From a virus, in IMG/VR virus record IMGVR_UViG_3300042691_005581, positions 13,360 to 77,359 of that record: 64,000 bases of DNA. One strand, written 5' to 3'. This document shows, piece by piece, positions 56,789 to 64,000 of this stretch. Made by a program: the position numbers and the translations under genes. The notes beneath the pieces are model-generated. The model saw nothing but the letters and a program-made list of their open reading frames with translations, was not told the DNA's origin and searched no databases. Each line of letters begins with the position of its first letter. Positions within the stretch are counted from its first letter, which is position 1.

Positions 56789-56957
56789 TTATTAATTTTA
56801 GTTAAATCTACTTATTAAGTCAAGTACGCATTTTCAACAGTTCTCCGCAAGCCTGCTGAATTATTGAGCTCCTCCTTTGTATGCTAATCAATTTCTTGAT
56901 ATGGTATTTAGTAATGGCTTAAATAAACGTACACATTTTTCAAAGGGAAAAATTAAA

Positions 56958-57308
56958 ATGGAAATTATTATTATTATCGCGGTACTTATTGGTCTTCTTT
57001 GGTGGTTTTTCTTAAGAACACCTGCCGACACAACAACACCTGCACCTTACAAGGTTGAAACACCCCCTACACCGGAACCTACTCCAGTTGTAGAAGTTGC
57101 GCCAACTGAGACTGTAGTTGTAGTTGAAAACGCAGTTGTACCAGAAGCTGTAGTAGCAGAAGCCCCTGCTAAGAAGCCACGTAAACCACGTGCTCCTAAA
57201 GCAGAAACTCCAGCTAAGCCAGCCGTAAAAAAAGCAGCCCCTGTTAAGAAGGCTGCTGCTATCAAAGCTGCTCCAAAAGCTAGAACACCTCGTTCAAAGA
57301 AGGTTTAA
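56958..57308 (+). CDS. Membrane-anchored protein with Ala/Lys/Pro-rich histone-like tail
   Basis: N-terminal TM; upstream TAAATA (56920-56925); start reassigned to MEIII. Confidence 0.7.
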   Translation: MEIIIIIAVLIGLLWWFFLRTPADTTTPAPYKVETPPTPEPTPVVEVAPTETVVVVENAVVPEAVVAEAPAKKPRKPRAPKAETPAKPAVKKAAPVKKAAAIKAAPKARTPRSKKV

Positions 57309-58325
57309 TAGTTTAGCTTGATCGGCAAGAGCAAAACTCGCAAGATTTTTGCCCTTGCTTTCGCACATGATATCATGTGTTGCCAAAAAGCTCAGTGCCC
57401 ATTCATTTACTGCTGTATTCCAGTAGAAGTTTGAATGTGCTCGGAGCTTTTGCTTTTTGTGTCCGGATTCTAGCAATGCTGTATAATCGGGCAGTGTTTT
57501 ATCGCAATGACCGGGCAACCATTCTTCACGACTAACTGAATAGTGTGCTACAGGTCGGCGAGCACCTCGCCATGAATCGATTAGGCGTAGAACTCTATCG
57601 TCGGTGGGCTGAATGTACTCTCCTGTACGGACCCAGTGATGGTGTATATCAAGTACGAGGGCACAGTGTTTGACAAGTTCGAGACTGCTTTCGATTCCCC
57701 ATGCGTTTTCGTCGTTTTCAATGGTAATGCAATTTCTTGCTTCTGGAGTGAGTCGTGAAAGAGCGTCGATGATGCCGGCTGGACCTCTTCGACCCGATAT
57801 GTGGACATTGATTTTAAAGTCCTGAAACGATTTACCGTATCCCATCCAGCGGGCCATATCAACATGATATTCGAACTCCTCTATACTTCGTTTTACAATA
57901 TCGTCTGACTCACTTGCCAAGACAGTAAACTGACCAGGATGAAAAGACAACCTAACGTTATTCTTGCGAGCCAGATCTCCCACGGCTCCAAATGCTCTTT
58001 CGCAATAGGCTCGGACATCGGGATCCCGCCAATGCCTGCTCCAAACTGGCTCAGTATATACAGGTAGTATATCGCTGCTGAGTCGTACCATTCTAAGATT
58101 TTCATCTAGTGCTCCTACACGTTCGACCAACTGCTTAACAGATTCAATGTTGCCTTTCATTAGGTCCCACAATTTTTCTTCTGCCACAGCTGGGCTCTGT
58201 CTATTTAACCAACTGACAGTGGTACTGCTGGTGTTGTAAATTTTACAATCGTCTTTGGGCTTAATACCGTTAACTTGATCCGGACGATCAATCCACTTGC
58301 AGGCGAAACCAATTTTTTTGTGCAT
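57294..58325 (-). CDS. uvsE: UV DNA damage endonuclease
   Basis: IGFAC, RLSSD, RLSFHPGQF.VL.S, IENDE, LVLDIHHH, H.S, HS, IMCESK. Confidence 0.92.
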   Translation of the reverse strand: MHKKIGFACKWIDRPDQVNGIKPKDDCKIYNTSSTTVSWLNRQSPAVAEEKLWDLMKGNIESVKQLVERVGALDENLRMVRLSSDILPVYTEPVWSRHWRDPDVRAYCERAFGAVGDLARKNNVRLSFHPGQFTVLASESDDIVKRSIEEFEYHVDMARWMGYGKSFQDFKINVHISGRRGPAGIIDALSRLTPEARNCITIENDENAWGIESSLELVKHCALVLDIHHHWVRTGEYIQPTDDRVLRLIDSWRGARRPVAHYSVSREEWLPGHCDKTLPDYTALLESGHKKQKLRAHSNFYWNTAVNEWALSFLATHDIMCESKGKNLASFALADQAKLLNLL

Positions 58326-58357
58326 GAGTATATTCTTAACTATGTTTTGGATAGTTA

Positions 58358-58386
58358 ATTATACACGATATCTGACAATTTGTCAA
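58358..58386 (-). promoter_or_regulatory. Perfect sigma70 promoter TTGACA-17-TATAAT
   Basis: Exact consensus upstream of uvsE. Confidence 0.85.
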
Positions 58387-58865
58387 TCAGCTTTTTTACT
58401 AATTGACCAGGACCCATCTTTGTTGTCTTCCCATGACAGTGTATCGCCTTCTTTCCATCCTTGCAATTTTAGCATGTCTTCTGGTAAGGGTAGAATAGTT
58501 TCGCCAGTTTCTGGATCTTCTTCTACGGTGACTGTCCATCTAAGAGGCGCCAATTTAACTGACTTTATATTCATAGTACGCATAGCACGCCAGCCGTTAG
58601 CTTCGGTACTCCATACGGTGATTAACTCGTAATTGATTGTGTTTTGGTGTGCTTCAACAATATCTTCAGCTAGCATTTTTCCCTGTATTGGTAGGAGATC
58701 TTCTCTAAGAGTACATTGCATAGCCCTATCTTCTCCGTTAACTTTGGTAAATTCTACAACGCATTGATATTCAGTTAACAGAGCCATAGTAGCGGCATGT
58801 CGATCTTCTACAGTTAATTCACTATTAACAAAATTTAATTCGGGCGGAGTATATTGATGTTCCAT
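58383..58865 (-). CDS. WYL/Sm-like domain fused to AbrB/MazE-like domain
   Basis: V.FTKVNGE.R.M.CTL...VW......WR; C-terminal ILPLPEDML...GW.EGD.L. Confidence 0.6.
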   Translation of the reverse strand: MEHQYTPPELNFVNSELTVEDRHAATMALLTEYQCVVEFTKVNGEDRAMQCTLREDLLPIQGKMLAEDIVEAHQNTINYELITVWSTEANGWRAMRTMNIKSVKLAPLRWTVTVEEDPETGETILPLPEDMLKLQGWKEGDTLSWEDNKDGSWSISKKAD

Positions 58866-59800
58866 TATAGTTGACCTTTAAAATATTCGATAGTTTTAAT
58901 CAAGCCATGTTCCAAATTGATCTTAGGTTCCCAATTGAGCATTCTTTTAGCCACATCGATGTCTGGCCGGCGCTGTCTTGGGTCATCTTGCGGTAGCGGC
59001 TTTTGTAATATCTGACTATTACTTCCAGTTAGTTCAATGACTTTGTGTGCCAATTCCCACATGGTGAACTCGCCAGGGTTGCCAATATTCACAGGTCCGA
59101 TAAAGTTGTCGTCTGTGTGATTCATCATTGCTTGCATAGCATCCAAAAGATCGTCAACATAGCAGAAGCTTCGAGTTTGCATACCGTCACCGTAGATTGT
59201 AATGTCTTTGCCTTGCAGTGCTTGAACGATGAAATTACTCACAACTCTGCCGTCATTTACAGCCATTCTTGGGCCATAAGTGTTGAAAATACGAACGATT
59301 TTAGCCTTAACATCGTGAGTGCGGTAGTAGTCCATAAACATCGTTTCTGCTGCACGTTTACCCTCATCGTAGCAACTACGGATACCAATTGGGTTTACGT
59401 TGCCCCAATATGTTTCAGGTTGTGGATGTACCTGCGGATCACCGTAAACTTCACTAGTCGATGCTTGCAGAATTTTAGCACCTGTACGTTTGGCTAGGCC
59501 TAACATATTGTAAGCACCTAACACATTAGTCTTCATTGTTTGAATTGGGTCCCACTGATAATAGAATGGGCTTGCAGGGCAAGCAAGATTGTAAATTTCA
59601 TCAACTTCTACATACAACGGAAAACAAATATCTTGACGAATAACTTCAAAACGTTTATTATCCAGCAGATGTACAATGTTGTCTTTGCTGCCTGTAAAAT
59701 AATTATCTACGCACAAGACATGATGTCCTTCGTTAACTAGTCTATCACAAAGGTGTGAGCCTAGAAATCCTGCGCCGCCGGTAACTAATATTTTTTTCAT
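58865..59800 (-). CDS. UDP-glucuronate decarboxylase (UDP-xylose synthase), extended SDR
   Basis: [53 protein letters not shown]. Confidence 0.93.
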   Translation of the reverse strand: MKKILVTGGAGFLGSHLCDRLVNEGHHVLCVDNYFTGSKDNIVHLLDNKRFEVIRQDICFPLYVEVDEIYNLACPASPFYYQWDPIQTMKTNVLGAYNMLGLAKRTGAKILQASTSEVYGDPQVHPQPETYWGNVNPIGIRSCYDEGKRAAETMFMDYYRTHDVKAKIVRIFNTYGPRMAVNDGRVVSNFIVQALQGKDITIYGDGMQTRSFCYVDDLLDAMQAMMNHTDDNFIGPVNIGNPGEFTMWELAHKVIELTGSNSQILQKPLPQDDPRQRRPDIDVAKRMLNWEPKINLEHGLIKTIEYFKGQL

Positions 59801-60282
59801 GTTCTATCTTTCTTAATAAGTTCGGGAGAATATTGGGGTAGTGAAACTTCAGTTTTATTTTTTTTAGAATTTTCTAATTTAGCAACTCTATCTCTAAGCT
59901 CGCTTGATGAATAGATATGCTGTCTTTTATGATAATGTAATTCAATTTCGTTGTCAATACACCATTGCTTGCCGGTAAAGTCTCTATTTAGATATTCATC
60001 GCTAAGAAATCGAATATGTATAGTTTGAGTTTGAAGTAATTGTAATAAATCGTGCTCAGTTTCGTAGATAAGAATTTCATCTACATACTTGCAAGCCTGT
60101 AGCTGTACATATCGTTCATATGCGCTTTGCACAGGTTTATTTTTAATTCCTGGTCGATCAATAGTTGGGTCAATTTGTAACGCTACTATTAGGTAGTCGC
60201 ATAATTGTTTTTCCATTTTAAGCATAGTAACATGCCCTGCATGTAGTAGATCAAAACTACTACAATTAAAACCTATTTTCAT
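59797..60282 (-). CDS. Cytidylyltransferase (TagD-like), second paralog
   Basis: [28 protein letters not shown]. Confidence 0.88.
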   Translation of the reverse strand: MKIGFNCSSFDLLHAGHVTMLKMEKQLCDYLIVALQIDPTIDRPGIKNKPVQSAYERYVQLQACKYVDEILIYETEHDLLQLLQTQTIHIRFLSDEYLNRDFTGKQWCIDNEIELHYHKRQHIYSSSELRDRVAKLENSKKNKTEVSLPQYSPELIKKDRT

Positions 60283-60767
60283 TCTATATCCTTAGCTGAT
60301 AAAATTGGATTACCTTGAATAGGCCACTCAATCCCATAATTGTTCCAATTAAAATTTTCTTCTTCTTCTTTATTATACGGTCTATCAACTATATATTGTA
60401 CAACCGCAGTTTCTGATAGTACCAAGTACCCGTGTGCATATTGCGGGGGTATTAGCAATCCTTTGTTTTCGTTTAATTCTATGCCAAACCATTTACCTGT
60501 TTTAGGTTCTAATACTGCATCAAATATTCTACCATATACGGGCATTACAAGTTTAAATTGATTTTGCCTGTGCATTCCTCGTAACACATTTTTAGATGAT
60601 GTTGCTATGTTTAATTGACGAAATGGCCATCCATCTCTTATCGGCCCACGCATATTATCGTTGGTAATCTTCCAAAGTTCGCAAAAATCACCACGGGAGT
60701 CTTTATGTTTAGTATGTTCGATTATTTCTAAACCGGGCAATAACTCTCCATAGATAGTTTCGCTCAT
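60279..60767 (-). CDS. rmlC: dTDP-4-dehydrorhamnose 3,5-epimerase-like
   Basis: DSRG.F.E, VLRGMH, AHGY.VLS, Y, I.WP, LSAKD. Confidence 0.85.
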   Translation of the reverse strand: MSETIYGELLPGLEIIEHTKHKDSRGDFCELWKITNDNMRGPIRDGWPFRQLNIATSSKNVLRGMHRQNQFKLVMPVYGRIFDAVLEPKTGKWFGIELNENKGLLIPPQYAHGYLVLSETAVVQYIVDRPYNKEEEENFNWNNYGIEWPIQGNPILSAKDIE

Positions 60768-60904
60768 TGCTTGTCCTCTGGCACAACAATACCATATTGT
60801 TTATAAAGCCAATGTATGTATGCTTCGATATCTTTATTAGGATACGGGTATGCTCTATATGCTATAGTTACTTTTTCTAGCCAATCTTTATCAGTTAGTT
60901 GCAT
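60764..60904 (-). CDS. Small hypothetical protein (46 aa, not in ORF track)
   Basis: MQLTDKDWLEKV...WLYKQYGIVVPEDKQ; overlaps both neighbours. Confidence 0.5.
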   Translation of the reverse strand: MQLTDKDWLEKVTIAYRAYPYPNKDIEAYIHWLYKQYGIVVPEDKQ

Positions 60905-62082
60905 TTTTTAATAAGGTCTGTTACTTGTTTAGCAGTAGCAGGACTTAGTGTCCATCCTAAATGTCCGTGCCCTGCATGATAGAATACCTTTGTATTCTTT
61001 TTGCTTTGTTTAACAACAGGCAACATGTCTGGTGTCATTGGACGTAGACATGCCCATTGTGTATAATCGTGTGTGTTGATATTAGGAAAGTTTTCATGCA
61101 CCCAATTCAAAAGAGGTTCGATGCGATCTCGACGAATGTCGTAGTTTTCTCCCGTCAGTTCCGCAGTGCCTGCAACACGTAATTTATTACCCAATGTGCT
61201 GGTTACAATCTTAGCTTGATCATCTAATAAACTTACTCGGGGCAGATATTTAGGATCAACATTGTTGATGGTAATTGAATATCCCTTAACTGGGTAAATG
61301 TCTAAACTGTCACCTATACTGTTAGCTAACTTTTCAGAACCTACACCTGCTGAAATTACAATAGCATCGTAACAATCATCGAGAATTTCTATATCATATG
61401 CTGATTTGATTTTGTCATGATAACGAAATTCAACCCTGTATTTCTTTTCCAATACATTTGTTAATTCAATACAAAACTTATGTATGTCTCCGGTCCAGTC
61501 GCTAGGAGTCCAAGCACCGCCGACTATGTTTTTTAAACTAGCTAGTGCAGGATCTAAACTAGCAGTCTGCATAGGACTTAACATATTCCATTCACAACCG
61601 TAGGCATTATACAGTTCTTTTACACTAACTGCATTTTCTAGATACTGCGGATCTTTATAAAAATGTAAAATACCGCAATAACTTTGATCAAAGGATAGCC
61701 CTTCTTCTTCGATAATCTTTTTGTAGAGTGCTCTAGATTTAATACCTAGTTGAATAGTAGTTGCAGTATTTCTAACATAATCGCCTTTGACAGTATTCAA
61801 TAGAAACTTTGCCATCCACTTCCATTGTGCCCAATCTAGTCTAGGTCGGATCAACAAAGGAGCATCTTTCTTGAACATCCACTTGAAGCCTTTTTTAACA
61901 TTCCCCCAAGTTGTCCAAACTTCACTGTTGCTAACTGATACTTGTCCGCCATTGGCAAAACTAGTCTTCATTGCAGGATAGCGTTCTGCTTCATAAACAG
62001 TTACGCTATACCCTTCTCGAGCAAGGTAGTAGGCTGTTGTAAGTCCGGCAACACCGGCTCCGATTACTACTACTTTTTTCAT
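60895..62082 (-). CDS. FAD-dependent D-amino acid dehydrogenase-like oxidoreductase (DadA family)
   Basis: GAGVAG, TSFANGG, YPVKGYS, RVAGTAE, LRPMTPD, GHGHLGWT; start reassigned to MKKVV. Confidence 0.88.
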   Translation of the reverse strand: MKKVVVIGAGVAGLTTAYYLAREGYSVTVYEAERYPAMKTSFANGGQVSVSNSEVWTTWGNVKKGFKWMFKKDAPLLIRPRLDWAQWKWMAKFLLNTVKGDYVRNTATTIQLGIKSRALYKKIIEEEGLSFDQSYCGILHFYKDPQYLENAVSVKELYNAYGCEWNMLSPMQTASLDPALASLKNIVGGAWTPSDWTGDIHKFCIELTNVLEKKYRVEFRYHDKIKSAYDIEILDDCYDAIVISAGVGSEKLANSIGDSLDIYPVKGYSITINNVDPKYLPRVSLLDDQAKIVTSTLGNKLRVAGTAELTGENYDIRRDRIEPLLNWVHENFPNINTHDYTQWACLRPMTPDMLPVVKQSKKNTKVFYHAGHGHLGWTLSPATAKQVTDLIKKCN

Positions 62083-62083
62083 A

Positions 62084-62611
62084 TTAGCCTTCGTAAATTG
62101 CCGAGTTGCCTGCGTGTTCAAACACTTCAGCTGATTTTAGTCGAACACCTGCACCTACTGGATAACGTGCTTCAAACACACGACCGTCTGGATGAGTCCA
62201 ACCACGGCCTTCTTGATATGCAGTTAAGATTTCGTTCATAACGCGATAGACCAATTGAGCAAACATTTCACAACCTACTCCGTCTACGATGCGTAGGTCA
62301 ATGATGCCCATGTTTTTAAAACCGCCTTGAATTCGATTTAGTTCTACAAATGTATTGCGCTCTGGGTCATCCTTGGCAATTACCGTGGTGTGATCGAACT
62401 GCCATTCACTCCACTCTTTAAATGCTTTGAGCCCGCCAAAGTCCATGACCCAATTGCGGTCATCTAATGTTTCAGATTCAAAAATTAATTTGATACCAAG
62501 TGAGTACCCGTGTAACATAGCACAATGACTATGCACTGACCGCCACTGTCTAAAACAGCATGACAGCCCTCTGTCGTTACCGTATGTTTTTGTTGAAAGA
62601 TATTTTGCCAT
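62084..62611 (-). CDS. queD: 6-carboxy-5,6,7,8-tetrahydropterin synthase
   Basis: HCAMLHGY, WVMDFG.LK, FDH, CEMFA, VFE...NSA.Y. Confidence 0.88.
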   Translation of the reverse strand: MAKYLSTKTYGNDRGLSCCFRQWRSVHSHCAMLHGYSLGIKLIFESETLDDRNWVMDFGGLKAFKEWSEWQFDHTTVIAKDDPERNTFVELNRIQGGFKNMGIIDLRIVDGVGCEMFAQLVYRVMNEILTAYQEGRGWTHPDGRVFEARYPVGAGVRLKSAEVFEHAGNSAIYEG

Positions 62612-62702
62612 CTCTAGTCTCCTTATTGTATGAGCAAGTTTGACGACATGCAGAATTTATATAGCGGGTTGAATGATCGTGTAAGACCGCTGCCTAACTA
62701 TT

Positions 62703-62731
62703 ATTGTATAGGCAGATATTTATTCTGTCAA
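62703..62731 (-). promoter_or_regulatory. sigma70-type promoter TTGACA-17-TACAAT with nested TAAATA (62717-62722)
   Basis: Consensus hexamers about 90 nt upstream of queD. Confidence 0.8.
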
Positions 62732-62749
62732 GAGTTTATGGAATTTTTT

Positions 62750-63679
62750 TTAGTTTGCAATTAAGCCGAACGGTGCCCAAATTCCGGGAGTACCAGAAGT
62801 TACACAAACCCAACCTATATATTTAGAAGGACCGGGATCGCTATTCCAAATAATGTCGCCTTTGGAAAATGTGCCTTCTGTTGGAGATCCATTGCCGGAA
62901 GAGAATAATTTATTTTGAAATTTAATGTTGCCTTCAACTTCAAAAGACTCTTTTGGATTTTTAATGTTTACGCCAACTTTACCGTATAGGCTAACAACGG
63001 TGTTATTTTTATATTCATGGCCTACAACAATATTACCGTTGGCATGTAATGTTATTCTTGTTTGATCACCGGCAATTAATTCTAAATTTTTATTGTTTAC
63101 GGTTCCAATTTTTCCATGACCGCTTTCACTACCGTCAATTACTAACTCTACATCATTTACTGGATCATAGACTGAGAATGTATTACTAGGATCATCTTTG
63201 TTAATGCTAAATCTTTGAGTAACAGGATTGAAAAATACACTATTTCCTAGATTAACCGAGCCACTTACTTCTAACTTTTGTAGGGTACCTATTTCACGCA
63301 GATTACTTTTGGTAATTGTTGCACCCAATTCTTCGTAAGTTAAAACAGGATTGTTATCAATTAAAAATCCCTTACCGTTGGCTAAGTTTATGTGCTCTGA
63401 TAGAAAAAAGCAATCTGGATTAGTTCTAAATACCAATTGCTTGTTTTGCTGTTTATCGTGCCACAAAAATCCGGTGCCGGACAACTCGCTGTCTTTGGGC
63501 GGCACAAAGGTTAAGAATTTCTTTTCATACTGTTGATCGGCAATAACCTCTACAGATCTTATTAAACCTGCTTCAATTACTCCGTATACTTTAAGATTTC
63601 CTCTTACGATAGTTTTATCGTCCCCTAGTACTAGAACTTCTTGGGTCGAGTTATCTAAAATTCCTTTGATTTCTGGCAT
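62750..63679 (-). CDS. Virion structural/tail-associated protein
   Basis: VL....LG..I..S.L..IG.L motif shared with ORF at 1-1054; C-terminal KGDIIWNS.P.....GWVCV..G.PG.W..FG. Confidence 0.6.
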   Translation of the reverse strand: MPEIKGILDNSTQEVLVLGDDKTIVRGNLKVYGVIEAGLIRSVEVIADQQYEKKFLTFVPPKDSELSGTGFLWHDKQQNKQLVFRTNPDCFFLSEHINLANGKGFLIDNNPVLTYEELGATITKSNLREIGTLQKLEVSGSVNLGNSVFFNPVTQRFSINKDDPSNTFSVYDPVNDVELVIDGSESGHGKIGTVNNKNLELIAGDQTRITLHANGNIVVGHEYKNNTVVSLYGKVGVNIKNPKESFEVEGNIKFQNKLFSSGNGSPTEGTFSKGDIIWNSDPGPSKYIGWVCVTSGTPGIWAPFGLIAN

Positions 63680-64000
63680 TTTCGTATCCTGTTAATAATA
63701 GGCCATCTCGTATTCGAGTCATGGTGTTTCTACTATTTAGCAGGATTATCGCAAGGCGCTTGCCTTGCTCTTGCACAACCATTACTAAGCAGCCGCCGCT
63801 GGCAGTAATCCAACCAGTTTTGCTTAATAAAATGCTGTCAGTTGACACTAGATAATTGGTAGTTCTAAAATTAATGTATTGAGATTTTTTCTTACCCGGA
63901 ATTTTTATCCTTTCTGCATATTGTGTAGAAAGGCTCCTAATATCTGGGTATTGAAATGCGTGATTTACTAATTTAACCAAATCTGTTGCGGTGCTGGTAT
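63651..64000 (-). CDS. D-Ala-D-Ala carboxy/endopeptidase (peptidase S11, PbpG-like), 5' part outside window
   Basis: STATDL, TN.L, SKTGW...SGGCL. Confidence 0.8.
   Translation of the reverse strand, partial: TSTATDLVKLVNHAFQYPDIRSLSTQYAERIKIPGKKKSQYINFRTTNYLVSTDSILLSKTGWITASGGCLVMVVQEQGKRLAIILLNSRNTMTRIRDGLLLTGYENARNQRNFR

Noticed and set aside
62612-62700. Calling the queD leader a canonical preQ1-I riboswitch
   Set aside because: The loop is longer and the tail lacks the typical AAAAAAC-type consensus; kept only as an unclassified candidate.
1-64000. Stop-codon reassignment as seen in some large phages
   Set aside because: Conserved enzymes are full length in code 11 with no in-frame TAG/TGA breaks; TAG merely appears rare as a stop.
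1-64000. Bacterial chromosome or prophage origin
   Set aside because: Host-like genes are interspersed with tail, lysis and T4-like replication genes at phage density, and there is no integrase, rRNA or typical bacterial operon.

Overview
This window is a gene-dense, AT-rich segment of a large lytic dsDNA tailed phage (jumbo, T4-like myovirus type) using the standard genetic code. I saw no rRNA, tRNA, CRISPR array or IS element. Almost all genes are on the minus strand. It contains tail/virion proteins at both ends and nucleotide metabolism genes (thyA, folA, MazG-like). A MoxR-vWA pair and a replication set are present (family B polymerase, sliding clamp, clamp loader, RNase H/5'-3' exonuclease, a truncated DnaE-like piece). 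A 7-deazaguanine DNA-modification pathway (folE, queD, queE, DpdA/TGT-like, DpdL-like) is interleaved with sugar-nucleotide enzymes and a glycosyltransferase. Other blocks are: proteins with T4-like capsid-targeting N-termini, including three different nucleotidyl-transfer enzymes; chaperones (ClpA, DnaJ, GroES, Def); a Gram-negative-type lysis cassette; and phoH, Suf-like genes and uvsE. Two promoter classes recur: sigma70-like TTGACA-17-TAnAnT and late-type TAAATA. The best candidates for novelty are (1) a possibly glycosylated 7-deazaguanine hypermodification, (2) compact pseudoknot-like RNA leaders before folE, queD and the DNA polymerase, (3) a virion-packaged nucleotidyltransferase/ligase trio, and (4) a 10-nt 5'/3' complementarity bracketing phoH. 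All functional calls come from motif recognition by eye; no searches were run.
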